Origin: Octopus sinensis
Lineage: Eukaryota
Assembly: GCF_006345805.1 (NCBI RefSeq)
Contig: NC_043005.1
Coordinates: 101,742,001-101,806,000, forward strand
Length of the DNA stretch: 64,000 bases
Reading direction: 5' to 3'
This document shows positions 13,063-27,326 of this stretch, piece by piece (the first letter of the stretch is position 1; each line of letters starts with the position of its first letter). The position numbers and the translations under genes were made by a program. The notes below the pieces were generated by a model. That model was not told the DNA's origin, did no database searches, and saw only the letters and a program-made list of their open reading frames with translations.

Positions 13063-13458
13063 AGGAGTGGCTGTGTGGTAAGTAGCTTGCTAACCAACCA
13101 CATGGTTCCGGGTTCAGTCCCACTGCGTGGCACCTTGGGCAAGTGTCTTCTACTATAGCCTCGGGCCGACCAAAGCCTTGTGAGTGGATTTGGTTGACGG
13201 AAACTGAAAGAAGCCCGTCGTATATATGTATATATATGCCTGTGTGTGTTTGCGTGTCTGTGTTTGTCCCCCTAGCATTGCTTGACAACCGATGCTGGTG
13301 TGTTTATGTCCCCGTCACTTAGCGGTTTGGCAAAAGAGACCGATAGAATAAGTACTGGGCTTACAAAGAATAAGTCCTGGGGTCGATTTGCTCGATTAAA
13401 GGTGATGTTCCAGTATGGCCGCAGTCAAATGACTGAAACAAGTAAAAGAGTAAAAGAG
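13063..13458 (+). mobile_element. tRNA-derived SINE, family A (CORE-like GGCACCTTGGGCAAGTGTCTT block; probably of the Octopus OR/OK group)
   Basis: A-box-like TGGCTGTGTGG, B-box-like GGGTTCAGTCCC, internal TA/TG microsatellite, (GTAAAAGA)n tail. At least 6 near-full copies in the window. Confidence 0.9.
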
Positions 13459-13504
13459 AGAGAAAGAGTGTATATACACAATTGTGACGTATAATGCTGC
13501 GGGT

Positions 13505-13745
13505 TTTTGTCCGAGAGGCCGAGAGGAAGATCTTCAGTTCGCAGAGATGCTGTGTTACAAACACAATATATAGGAACGCTCCGTTTCGACTGTCTTCTTC
13601 CTCTTTTGGACTTTCCTTTGTATCCTGTTTCTAAAGAAGGGCTGTGCTCGAAACATAACACAACCTTTCTTTCCTTCTCTGAGCATCTTAGTAATACTTT
13701 GCATGTACCACGTACTCGCGTTGTTGTTTTTTCTTGTTGTCTTTT
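13505..13745 (+). mobile_element. decayed Penelope-like terminal fragment, homologous to 29960-30165
   Basis: Shared ttggactt(t)tcctt...tttct..a.gaag....ctcgaaac.t.a...ctttctttccttc...ccacgt.ctcgcgtt.ttgt. Confidence 0.6.
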
Positions 13746-13782
13746 TTCTATATATATATATATATGTATATATATGTGTATA

Positions 13783-13833
<51 letters not shown>

Positions 13834-14011
13834 AATAATGAGGGAGATAAATTGAATATTAATTTAATTAATATCAATTTAAAATCAGTAGCCTAGCATA
13901 CAAAACTCTGAAAAATCAGAGAAAATTCTAATACATGTGTATATTCAAAGAGAAAACCACTAGGTGGTCGGCCATATGCTAGAAGTAAATCACCTACGAT
14001 CAAACTGTGTG

Positions 14012-14075
<64 letters not shown>

Positions 14076-14134
14076 CGTTTATGTATATATTGTATGTATG
14101 CATATGCTTATATAACTATCTATCTATCTATCTG

Positions 14135-14211
<77 letters not shown>

Positions 14212-15088
14212 ATTATGTTTCAACACCATATGTCTATTACGTCTTGGGAATGATGTATTGTCGGACGAAAACTCGCAGCATCATGTTTCCCAACGGTTTA
14301 TATCAGCTAAATACAATATATGTCTAATTCAATCCAACCGGGTGGCTCTTCGCAATATCAGTGAAGCTATTGTTCACTTTTTCGTAAATATCGGAGCGCA
14401 CATGAATGACAAGACCGAAATGCGTTCTTGGGAATCATTGCCGGAACAACTTTTCGTCTCGCTCCAATATACATTGTTTTTAACACAGCATGTTTTTAAA
14501 GAGATGTTTTCGATGGCGAGAATGTATAGAATCATTTTAATTCAATGTTATTTCAATTGCGTACACCGAATTTTAAACTGAAATAATTATATATTTCCTC
14601 AAACTGTAATTTCTTCCATCGGAACTTACTTTCGATTTTCTTTACTTCAGAATTTAAAATGAAATATTTCCTAAATTTGCAAGGAGTAGGCGTATATACT
14701 AACATTATTATAATCTGTTTTGATGCTGAATATTTTCAGGTTATATTGCAGTTGAAATCTGCTCGGTGCTGATTATATTCAATGGAAAGAGTAGACGAAC
14801 TGTTGTTTGTATAATGCTAATATTAGATATATTTCATTATCATAATTATCGTACAGAAGACATTTAATCTTCTTTGGCTTCAGTGTACTATTGCAACTTC
14901 TATGCTTCACGGATTACTCAATTAAAGAAACCATGTTACATGGGTTGCTGTTATTAAAAGTAGCTATCAATATATAAAATTAACTTCATAGAGCGCATAA
15001 TTGCCTAAGTCTGGTAGCCTTTAATAGATTCAAAACATCTCGAGGAGGTCAACATAGAAGAGAACAAATTACATAATAGATGTAAAAT

Positions 15089-15263
15089 AGGAGTGGCTGT
15101 GTGGTAAATAGCTTGCTTACGAACCACATGGTTCCGGGTTCAGTCCCACTGTGTGGCACCTTGGGCAAGTGTCTTCTACTATAGCCTCGGGCCGACCAAA
15201 CCCTTGTGATGGATTTGGTAGACGGAAACTGAAAGAAGCCTGTCGTATATATGTATGTATATA

Positions 15264-15295
<32 letters not shown>

Positions 15296-15383
15296 TGGCC
15301 TGCTCGCTGAAGGCTAAAACAATGCGAAGCGCATTGTGACTAGCGATGTGTAACAACATCTGATAGCCTAATCGGTCACGGTG

Positions 15384-15419
<36 letters not shown>

Positions 15420-15668
15420 TTGCGTGTGAGTGTGTGTGTGTGTATTTGTGTGTATATGTTTGTGTGCCTATGTTTGTCCCCCAGCATCGCTTGATAACCG
15501 ATGCTGGTGTGTTTACGTCCTCGTAACTTAGCGGTTCGGCAAAAGAGACTGATAGAATAAGTACTAGGCTTACAAAGAATAAGTCCTGGGGTCGATCTGC
15601 TCGACTAAAGGCGGTGCTCCAGCATGGCCATAGTCAAATGACTGAAACAAGTAAAAGAGTAAAAGAGT
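15089..15668 (+). mobile_element. SINE family A with a nested 90 bp insert (15295-15384) in its internal (TA)n
   Basis: Full head and tail present. The insert is homologous to 56261-56372. Confidence 0.9.
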
Positions 15669-16170
15669 ATATATGATATATGAATATATGACGTCACAGG
15701 TATGACCGTGATACTATTTGACAATGTTTTTTCTCCACCAAAGCTGGTGTAGAGTAGCAAACCCCTCTCATTATTTGAACCTGTGGTGGTCAAAACTCAC
15801 CGTAATTCTGCAATTGAAAATAAGTCTGCAAGGCTCAAGCATGCGCTGTTTACCAAAGACCGATGCAATATGGCACAAGGGTCATCACAGGTTAACTCAG
15901 AACTTATAGAGCCAGATGAAATACCGCCAAGAGTTTTCGAGATTGTCACTGTATTTTATAGCCTGGACTAGTGAAAGAGAGGGCTAACCTCAAAGCGTAA
16001 GAGTCAGAACAAATGCCGCTAAGCATTTCGTCCGATGATCTACCGATTCTACTAGTTCACTTTCTTTACCATTACCAAAATTACCTCTGTTGTTAATAGA
16101 ACACCACACCACACCACCTCATTCGCTACATTTAGCGTAATCCCTGCATAAGGGATGCAACCAGTCTATA

Positions 16171-16389
16171 CCTATTTCTTTATTGCCCAGAAGGGACAAA
16201 CAAGGTCAGACAAACGGATTAAGTCGATTACATCGACTCCAGTGCGTAACTGGTACTTATTTAATCGACCCCGAAAGGATGAAAGGCAAAGTCGACCGCG
16301 GCGGAATTTGAACTCAGAACGTAACGGCAGACGAAATACCACTAAGCATCTCTCCCGGAGTGCTAACGATTCTACCAGCTCACCACCTT
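16171..16389 (-). mobile_element. SINE family B
   Basis: Same blocks as 11923-12162. Confidence 0.88.
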
Positions 16390-16558
16390 AAGCATTCCCT
16401 ACCATTGCTAGTTTCCCTAAAACTGAAATTCCATTCTTTCATTCCCATTTAAACAAAGCTAACATTACAAATAACAAGGTGAATGAAAGTAGTCGTCAAC
16501 ATCGTCGAACGATTTCTAGAAATTAAAATCCATGGAAAATCAATTAATTTCAGACCTA

Positions 16559-17199
16559 TTATACCCGACAATCTGTGTTATGTAGTACCGGAGTGAATGT
16601 TATGTTCAGCACATCAACACGAAATAGTGACATCTGGTCAAGTTCAAAAACAGACCGAAGGGCAATATCTAATATTTTACCATGTAAATCCACTCCAATG
16701 TTTAACTCTGCCCTTACCAGAATTGATGGATCAGACGTGTCCTCAATGTCTGTACACATTAAAGAAATACATTGACTTCGTGTACTCGTCTACGGACAGC
16801 ACAATAATCGAATGACGTCTCTGGGGATATTTCTAATGGTGTTACTTACCTTTTCCCACCTCATTAAATAATATTTGTGAGTAATATATTTCGTTACTAC
16901 CTACAAGGGGCTAAACACAGGGGACTAACAAGGACAGACAAATGGAAAAAGTCGATTACATCGATCCCAGTGCGTAACTGGTACTTAACTTATCGACCCC
17001 GAAATGATGAAAGGCAAAGTCGACCTCGTCGGAATTTGAACTCAGAACGTAACGGCAGACGAAGTACGGCTACGTATTTCACTCGGCGTGCTAACGTTTC
17101 TGCCAGCTCGCCGCCTTATATTCGTGAGTAATATTCTTGGCTCCCATGGTGATTCTGTTGTACTTCTTCTATCTCTTCATTTCCATTTTCGGTGTACAT
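16559..17199 (-). other. possible spliced coding remnant: exon 17199-16850 (split by a SINE), 100 nt intron, exon 16749-16559
   Basis: Removing the SINE and one TSD copy restores MYTENGNEEIEEVQQNHHGSQEYYS(R/Q)ILFNEVGK. The donor AAAG|GTAAGT at 16849 and acceptor TTTCTTTAATGTGTACAG| at 16750 join in phase to DIEDTSDPSILVRAELN...CRV*. No protein family recognised. Confidence 0.3.
16888..17117 (-). mobile_element. SINE family B with a 17 bp target-site duplication
   Basis: TSD atatt(t/c)gtgagtaatat at 16871-16887 and 17118-17134. Confidence 0.92.
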
Positions 17200-17640
17200 T
17201 CAAACATATGTGTTTACTGGTCTTATACTTTGTTGATGTTTAGTTATATCAACTAATCTTTCATTTAAGAGCTTATATCTTTTATTTGTTTCAGTAACTG
17301 GACGGCAGGCATGCTGTGGCATTGCTTTGAAGAGTACAGAGGAATGAATCGACCCTGATGCTCTTACGTTTTCAGACTGAAACTTATTCTATTGGTTTAT
17401 TGTTGAACACTTAGGTTATGGGGAAGCAAACAAACCAACATTGGTTGACAAGCGGACGAACATGCCTAGGCACACACACGCATATACACACACACATATA
17501 TACTCGTTTTTGTCCTGTAATTACTGTCCACGTTTTGTATCTATCTCTCGTGTGTATGTATTTGCACCGTTGGTGAAGCCCTGTGCCCATGTACGTATGT
17601 GCACACACACACACCACACACACACACAACACACACACAC

Positions 17641-17684
<44 letters not shown>

Positions 17685-17694
17685 TATATATATC

Positions 17695-17738
<44 letters not shown>

Positions 17739-18660
17739 TGTATTATATATATGCTGCTACGATCAACAGTCTTCTACTGCTGCTACGGCCAGAGTGTGAG
17801 AATTAAAATAGTAAAAAAGGGTGGAGGTGGGGGGAATTACAATTTCTCAGATCTTTAAACAGTCACTCCCGCTTGCAGTGGTATGTTTTAGGGAAAGATG
17901 AATTTATAAAAAAAATTTTTTCTGCGAGCAGATCTGATTTTGATTCGTTAAAAAATTGATGACGTTTTTCTTCCGTGGTCAAGCTTGTCGTTCTGCTTGG
18001 TTGGTTTCCTTGCAGGATACAGTTATAGATCGTTCCGGTTCGTTGGTTCTCTTAAAGGGTCTTTTTCTTGTATTCGTTGAAGTTTGGTTTTGATTGGTTT
18101 GGAATTATGTGACGTCAGTGAATAGTGCCAGTGAACCCACCACTATTGCTGCTACGATCAGGTTACTACTACTACGACCAACAATCACTACTGTTGCTAC
18201 CATTGGAACACAAGGAAACAAAAAAGCGATTCCTTTTGATACCAGCAAGAAACAATAATGAATTTCTTCACTAAACTCAACTATAATATAGCGATTATAC
18301 GAACTACCGACAAAACACCACCACATGGATTCTATTCAGACCAGTAAGAAACGATTATGAACTTTTCTATTGCACTTTTTATAATATCTTTGATAAGGTT
18401 CGTTTTTTCAAGAACCGAAACATGTAAAATTCATAAGAAAATTAAGATTTATCTAATATAGTGGCGTTTTCAAACTAGTTTTACAAATATATACCCACTG
18501 GTATAACGATCTACTCTTATTATAAATACATATATATATATATATATATATAATATATAATATATAATATTATATCTATATATATATATATATACATATA
18601 TATACTATATTATTTATATCCATATACATATATATATATGCAAGCGCGTGTATATAGAAC

Positions 18661-18814
18661 TGGCTTCTTCCATTTACTTCTACGAACTCTACTCAGAAGG
18701 CTTTGGTCAACCGAGGCTACAGTAGAACGCATTTGCCCAAGATGTCACGCAATTTGACTGACCCCGAACCACGTTTGACAAGCAAGCTTTTTACCACATA
18801 GCCACGCGTGCACC
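18661..18814 (-). mobile_element. diverged 5' half of SINE family A
   Basis: Matches the family A head and core in reverse (ccgaggctacagtagaa..atttgcccaagatg..ttaccacatagccac). Confidence 0.75.
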
Positions 18815-19334
18815 TATATATATTGTTAGGTATTGTTAAGCGTAGTTATACATTAGTTTCGTCTGGCCTCTGTTCTCACATTCCGTGACACTTTTGACAT
18901 CGATCCCGTCGTCTTTCATTGCCGTTAATAAATGTTTTTATGTTATTTCTGCCAACGTTCTCAGCGACCTTTTGGTAATATTTTAATTTCAATTTTTTGT
19001 TTTTGCCATTATTATCAATATTTTACTTACTTGCAGTATTTAGTTACGGCCCTTGATGTTTCTGGGTTCAAATCTCAACGAACACCACTTTGCCTTTAAT
19101 TCTCCCATTTCTCAACTACCCGGGCTGACAAAATTGTCTGTCTCCTTTCTTTCAAATTTCTAGTTTCGTGTGCGTGTGTGTGTGTCAAAAACATTTGCTA
19201 TTTCACTATTATCATTACAAGATTTTGTGTTGTATAGATCCAGGTCTAGCCTACTTTTACTGTGTGTTTTTGCTTTTTGCTGTAAATTTTGATTAGCCAT
19301 AGGTCACTCTTGACTTAACTGGTATATGATGAAA

Positions 19335-19568
19335 AAGGCGGCGAGCTGGCAGAAACTTTAGCACGCCGGGCGAAATGCTTAGCGGTATTTCGTCTGCTTT
19401 ACGTTGTGAGTACAAATTCCGCCGAGGTCGACTTTTCCTTTCATCCTTTCGGGGTCGATAAATTAAGTACCAGTTACGCACTGGGGTCGATGTAATCGAC
19501 TTAATACCTATGTCTGTCCTTGTTTGTCCCCTCTGTGTTTAGCCCCTTGTGGGTAATAAAGAAATAGG
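19335..19568 (+). mobile_element. SINE family B with an ~18 bp TSD
   Basis: ggtatatgatgaaaaagg at 19321-19338 and 19567-19584. Confidence 0.92.
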
Positions 19569-20674
19569 TATATGATGAAAAAGGAAATGTGATATACGAA
19601 ATGCTAAATTGGCCCTTGTAGAATTTGAACAAAGAATTTAAAGAATATTAGTACCACGTGATATTTCCCTAATGATCCACCGATCGATTCTCTTCCATCT
19701 CTCAAATGGTGTGAAGTTCTATAGTATAGTTAATTGTGGACTTCAATAACAAATTATTAGAAATTTTCTGAATCTTAGTAAGGAATATACTTGTGATACG
19801 CTATATGATTGGTCACGAGGAAGGTGAGAACAGAGAAAGACTATTTTAATATACAAATCTCAAGATATTCCACGTGATACTAGCACAGTCGTGCAAATTA
19901 ATTAAATCTGTATTTATATTAAAAAAGTTTGCAATTTGTTTGAGTAGTTTTAACATTCGTTCAAATGAATTATTGTTGTCTAACTGAAATAACGATGCTT
20001 TTCAAAATTTGTTTTCTACAAAGAAAAATATTATAAAGGAGACAGAAATATAACTGCAAACTTTTCTCTGTCTCTACTGTATATTAATGTCAAATATCTG
20101 TTATAATCCACCTCTTCATTATGGTCTTTTATTTGGAACAATTTATGTATTTTTTGTTACGGTTTGCTTAGATGTTCATTGTGACCAAATTATCTCCGAA
20201 ATGTTGTCAAAACACTAATATAAAATGGCGTATATTACATGACATTAGTTTTTTTCCTTGTTTTACAAATAACCATCACGCATTCACTTGCTAAATGAAC
20301 CAGCAAATCAGACTATGAAAATAATAATAAAAAATATATTAGATTTCATTAAGTTGTCGAAAGAACAAAGGAATAAAAAAGAAATTGAGACACGAAAAAA
20401 AACTAGAATAAAAAATAACGCGACGAAAGTGAAAAAAAAGAAGCATTTAATAAAAGAAGAAATATAAAAATGATGAATTGTAGTTATTCGTTTATATATT
20501 CTTCATATTTTATTATATTTCATTTCATTTTTCGACGAGAAGTAATTTCATCAAAAAGTATTTGATTGATAGATGAAGAATGATTTCGATAAATCATAGA
20601 GGGAAGAAAAAATAATAAGTTGCTAACTAAATGGACATAAAAATAATCTGAGGAAAACGCAAGCTGAATACTAC

Positions 20675-20675
20675 T

Positions 20676-20709
<34 letters not shown>

Positions 20710-20719
20710 CAACAACAAC

Positions 20720-20757
<38 letters not shown>

Positions 20758-20810
20758 TAATAATAATAATGATAATAAAAATAATAATAATAATAATGAT
20801 AATAATAATA

Positions 20811-20847
<37 letters not shown>

Positions 20848-20908
20848 TAATAATAATAATGATAATAAAAATAATAATAATAATAATGATAATAATAATA
20901 ATAATAAT
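20675..20908. repeat. (AAC)n/(AAT)n microsatellite
   Basis: Directly visible. Confidence 0.95.
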
Positions 20909-21534
20909 CCAGTATAAATAGGAAAAGAAAACGATGGTACAAAGATTCGAAAAAAGAAATATTAAAAGGATAAAGACCAAAAAGAAAAAATGAGAAATAA
21001 ATGCAAAAAGCGAAAATCGACGCAGAACAATAGAGAAAGTTATTCAGTTGTGTAGACTCGGCAGATGAGGCTGGAGCGTCAAGATGGAATGGATGAGGTC
21101 TTTCAAAGATGCGAGAGACGTACAGGCTTAGAAAAGTCTTGTAGATTACCTGACGAATATAATGGTATTGGAATCGGGAAAAATCGATTGCTCAAAATCA
21201 AAAAGATAATAGATAGCTGAGTCATAACCTCGTGTATCTATTACGATATTAGAAGTTTGATATTTCAGACATCACACAATATCACAACGTTTGATATAAG
21301 ACAGAATGTTCCGTTTCATTTCATTCATAGAATGAGAGCGTGTGGTGTAGGTGGAGTGGGGCGGGGGATCATTTCTGTTCTAACAGTCATGAAATCCCCG
21401 TTTCAGAACTTGCCTTTAATTATTGGCTGCAGAGGCTTATTTTTGTGACCCACCTCTTGACAGGTATATCATACGCCGGTTGAAAGGTCTCTGGGGTTGA
21501 AACTTCTCTCTTCACAAATGCCTTTTCTTTCATT

Positions 21535-21883
21535 ATCATATACATACATACATGCGTACATACAAGCATACATACAGACAAACATACACAGACGTACGTA
21601 CATATACACGCACACATACATATATACAAGTGTATACACACCTGCATATGTATTTGCATACACATGTGTAAGCTATGTATGTACATCCTTTCACGAGTTA
21701 ATTCGTCTAGATGTATGTATATATACAAAAACATCTATGCATATGTATATATGTTTATATATATATATATATATAGAATGGTGTAAATACGTATACATGT
21801 GTATGGATCTTTTTAACGTTGTGGTTATATATTGGAGTATACATACATCTATACAAACATACATATATACATATATATATATG

Positions 21884-21925
<42 letters not shown>

Positions 21926-22127
21926 GTGTATACATAAACACATGCATACATATATATGTGCCTGTATATATGTATAGATATGTATTTGTTTGTATATATA
22001 TATATATATATACAAACACACATACATATATTTACATGTACATATATATATGTATATATATGTATATGCAAATATGCATGTATATAAATACATGCATACA
22101 CATTCACACAAACATGTGCATATATGT

Positions 22128-22173
<46 letters not shown>

Positions 22174-22235
22174 GTATATATATATATAATATAGAAACAC
22201 ACACATACATGCACACATGCATAGATTCATACGCA
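21535..22235. repeat. degenerate TA/CA/TG low-complexity tract
   Basis: Directly visible. Confidence 0.9.
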
Positions 22236-22739
22236 CAGCAATATATTAGTTGCTACCAGCCCAATAGAATCCCGCTCCTATATTTAGAACGTTCCTATTG
22301 TTAGGAGATGTCATTAGGTTATGTTGGTAACTAGTTTCACTCTCCGATATCTCAATAACAGGTGAAGCTGAAGGCAGGTTGGTGGTAATTGTGTTATGTT
22401 TGACGATGTAGTTCTGGCTTTTGCTGTTCTATTGAGATAACACTGGCGTTGGAACTGCTAGCTTGTTGAAAATTACGACATTTTCACATTCTATTGATGT
22501 TCTTCGTGTTCGATAGAGCACAGAGATCAAGTCGATAGAATCGCTTATTGTGTTATTGCTGTTGCTGTTGTTGTTGTTTTTGTTTGTTGCAAAGAGGATG
22601 GTCTATCGGTAATGGTGCGTTGGCAATGGCGCTGCTAGTCAATGATGAAGGATATTGCTCAGTGGGATGTTTAACTGATGTATGTTGGTTCGAACATGGT
22701 GACGCAGACACTGGAATTGCGTAAGGATAGAAAGAGACA

Positions 22740-23075
<336 letters not shown>

Positions 23076-23290
23076 TAATGTTTCATAGCTACTCAACAGG
23101 GTAGATCAAAATTCCTATCAATGGAAATAAAATTCATATTAAGGCTCAAGGAATAATTTTTAACACTCATAATAATTTGGTGTTCTCATACTAGACTCTA
23201 GTGGGAAATAAAATAGAAAATACATTTCTATGTACAACATCAAAGAAAATATCAATTGCAGAACCGCTCGTCTGCAGAGTAATTTGCATG

Positions 23291-23321
<31 letters not shown>

Positions 23322-25369
23322 TATAACGTCTGTATCTATTTATGACGCTGTATCTGATATCGATTATAGTTCATATTTTCTGTAAGGTACTACTTGGTAT
23401 TTTATAGTATTCGATGACTGATGTCTGAACACCGAATTATTTTAATCTAAAATTATTCACTGCCCCCCAATGTGAAGCATATTTCGAATAATAGGAACTG
23501 AGATGTACTTCGTTGATAACACAAACACACGGACAGACGCGCGTGCACACCCACGCACACACATATATAATTTCTCTGCCAACGTTTGATCTGTTATCAG
23601 GCGAACAGAAAAGTCGTATATTTAAGCAAATAGACTGACATTACACAACAAATAGATTACAAGCCGAAAACATATATCCTTGCAGTCAACCAATCAGCAT
23701 AGACTTAATGACCAAGTATCTCTATATGTTCTATCTCAGAGCATGTGGTAGACAAAGTCTTTAGCGAGCTGTATATTCGTCATTGCATGGAACAGTTATG
23801 TACTTTATAGCCTTTCGGTGAGAAATGCCAAAGGTTGTTTAACAATTTCAAAATCGGTGATTTTTATCTGTTAGATCAGTATCGATGAAGAAGAACAACT
23901 GTTCTCAATAACAACAGTTGAAGAGGATCCGTGTGAAAGTATGAGGTACTTATCCCGGAGGTTTAATAAACCGTCATTCACTGAGCATGTGTGTGTATGT
24001 ATGTATATGAATTTATGTATGCATATATAAGAGAGAAGAATGAAGTTGTGTTATGTTAATAATTTTCTTTACAATATCTGCGTTAGAAAATATAAATATT
24101 ACTTTTAGATATGAATCGAAAATGCGTCTAACCTTTAGTTGCTTACCATTTACTGTTCTATGTACACTTGAAATGAAAAAGAGCAACAACAGCATAGAAA
24201 CATTAAGTACTAAAATGATTACTAAAGTGTATCTGTAAGATACTTGTTGAATATCATTTCGGAATTTTTGCATGTAGTATCTGGGAAGGAAGTAGTTATG
24301 ACTTTTACAACCCCGTTTCTGAGGTCGCTATATTTTCGATTTTTCTTTAGAATATAGAATACGACTCGCGTGAAAACACCATTTACTCTGCGAAGTCGGA
24401 AGTTGTGAAAAACAAAATCTAACCGTAAGCTTTTAGTTTGATTACCTTCGATTTTTCTGCAGCTGTCTGTGTATCGTTTCTTACACATTTCCGTGTTAGG
24501 GAAAATACGGTGGGAGTAGCGATAAGCATATCAGGTGCCAAGTTCGCGATTCAATGTCTCCACTCAGCGGAAACTACTTCGCTTCAGATCTGTCACCAAC
24601 ATACCAGGAAAAGAATTTTTATCTCATAATCACATTTTCTCATCGATACAGTTATAATTTCTGTCTTGACACTTCTATCGTTATGGTAATTCTTTCTTAT
24701 AAAAATATCAATTTATTTTCTAAACTTGTTGGAATCCATTTTTCTCGAAATGAATCTGAGTTGTAGCTAATATGGCATATAATATAATCAGGCAGTTAAA
24801 TATTTCCTTTCTTTTAAGCAACTTCAACACGCCAGCTTATAAGTATTTTTTAAAGGAATATCCTTATTCATTCTCGAAAGTATATTAGCAAGAATTCTAT
24901 TAGCAAGAATTCTAAAGGCGAATATTTATTCTCACCTTCGTCTACTGTGTATACGCGACACCAAATGACACATCACACCCAGTAACAGAGAATTAACGTT
25001 AATGAAACTAGCGGAAACAATATATTACATAAACAGCTTAGAAGAGATAAAAACAAATTGGAGGACATTGGGTCAATGAATTCCTCTGTCACAAAAAAAA
25101 AAGCCCAGAAGATTGATACTGATCACATAAAATTGATAAAATCATCGAATATAATTAACATATATATATCTAATAAGGAAATCTGAGTTGATCCCTATAT
25201 AGTTAGAGCTTTTTCAGTCAATCCTAACGAAAGAAAATTGGAAAGAAAATATACATAATAAATTAATAACGATAGGAAGAAATTCGTCATTACTTATCAA
25301 AAAGAACAAAAATTCAGTAATAAAGATATGAAGTGTTAGACGTTTCTGAAAATGAGGTCTTATTTTTCA

Positions 25370-25420
25370 AGAATACTGTACCACTTAAATTAGAATACTG
25401 TACCACTTAAATTAGAATAC
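25370..25420 (+). repeat. perfect 22 bp tandem duplication (agaatactgtaccacttaaatt x2.3)
   Basis: Directly visible. Confidence 0.95.
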
Positions 25421-26699
25421 CAATAGCATTTTCAGTGACAATTTCATATGACACCGCTAGAAAAAAACTGCCGCTCAAACCTAAAAGATCCGTAAACACG
25501 AATGGAATTCTAATAGAAAGGTAGGGAGAAAACAACTAACAACAAGCAAGACTGGACATTTACAATGGATTCCAACAGATCTAAATGGTGAAATGAAGTG
25601 TATGTCTATTTGACAATATGTCGACATATCAACGTGAAAACTGTTAAGAAGTGGTATAAACATGTATAGAAAAACATGGTACATGGCAACTGTGTGGTCA
25701 TAATAATTTGGAACACGTTTGTTCAGAGCTGACTTGTCAGGTATAGCTATGGAAAGAGAATGACCGGGATATTTGAACTCTATTGGTATCACAATCGCAC
25801 AACATTGCCGGAGAGGAAGTCGGAAAGCCTTCAAGACCCCCCAAATAGAAAAAAAATGCAGGACGTGGGATGTGAATGTAGAACACATAGAATGAGGAGA
25901 GCTTAGAATTCTTCAAACTAAAATATAGGAAGAGTATACAGCATGCAGAAGATACATTCAGTTTAGTAACGCACTTAGATAATGGAACCGACAGAAAACA
26001 TATTCACGACCCAGTAAAGTAAGATATGATCAAACTCAGGCAGCTAATATGAAAAACAGCCACCCTTACCCGACAAAATAATCTATTTTACATAATTAAA
26101 CGATGAATCAACACTAACATTAAGTCAGAAAAAATGCAACAAAGAAAATTCCACAATGCAAACCAGACAAAACTGCGCCCATCCCATGAACATGGAGGTG
26201 CGCCAGGCTGTGCAGCAGTAGAAACTAACTTGCATTATTTGAGAATAGCTATCACAATGATAATACATAGCTGATAGGAATATTTTAAAAAGAATATAAG
26301 ATCTCAATTGCAAACTTCGCACTGATAAGGCCATAAGACTGAAAAAGAAGGGTGAATGCTTTCAAATAAAGCTGCTAGGCATTGGGAGAAATCAATTCTT
26401 AAAATGGATTGATACACACATATATACACTCTTATTCATATGCATATATGTACATATATATATATAGATGCATATACATACATAAGCAAATATATATATA
26501 TATGTATATATTTGCTTATGTAGATATGCGGGTGTACGTATGTGTGTATATGCGTCTACATTTGTGCCTTTATCTAGCTATGTACCCGTTTATCGCTATA
26601 TCTAATTGCTTATGAACGAATGTATTATAATGGATTTACAAATGTGTGGTCTAGAAGAAGGAAATGAAACGGAGAAAAAGAAAATGTAGCAGTAGTTCT

Positions 26700-26871
26700 C
26701 TAGCAGCATCAGCATCAGCAGTAGTAGTAGTAGTAGTAGTAGAAGAAGAAGAAGAAGAAGAAGAAGAAGAAGAAGAAGAAGAGAAGAAGAAGAAGAAGAA
26801 GAAGAAGAAGAAGAAGAAGAAGAAGAAGAAGAAGAAGAAGAAGAAGAAGAAGAAGAAGAAGAAGAAGAAGA
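26700..26871. repeat. (AGC/AGT)n-(AGA)n trinucleotide tract
   Basis: Directly visible. Confidence 0.95.
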
Positions 26872-27281
26872 ATTGTAGTGGTTGAAAGGCAAAGTAAGAT
26901 AGAGAGAAATCTTAAACACTGCTATAAAGTAAAGAGTCTGTAGCAAGATACCATCTTATCTGTGCCACGTGTTAAATCGTGCTCTACCTTGCTTATCTCC
27001 ATTATCAGGTGTCATAACATACCTCCTACTTACCTGCATTATCACCTGAGCTAATAAGATCAGTGCCACTTCTACCAACACTATCAGCAGTGTGGTAGGT
27101 TGTGCAATAACTTCTGATTGAGCAGGTAACTACAACATCGTTTATCTTGTTTCTTTGGCGTAAAACATTCTTCATATCTACCTACCATTATTCTCACTGC
27201 GAATTCTGGAAAACAGATAACCTGATCCATGCGCACGCATGCACAAACATATACAAACATATACACGCACAAACATATACA

Positions 27282-27326
<45 letters not shown>

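Noticed and set aside
13964-14581. 205 aa plus-strand ORF
   Set aside because: The first half is microsatellite. The remainder has no recognisable domain or convincing splice sites.
25480-26340. RT- or GIY-YIG-like words (LDIYNGFQQI, YVD, GIAM, YI)
   Set aside because: The motifs are out of order and interrupted by many stops, so no element can be supported.
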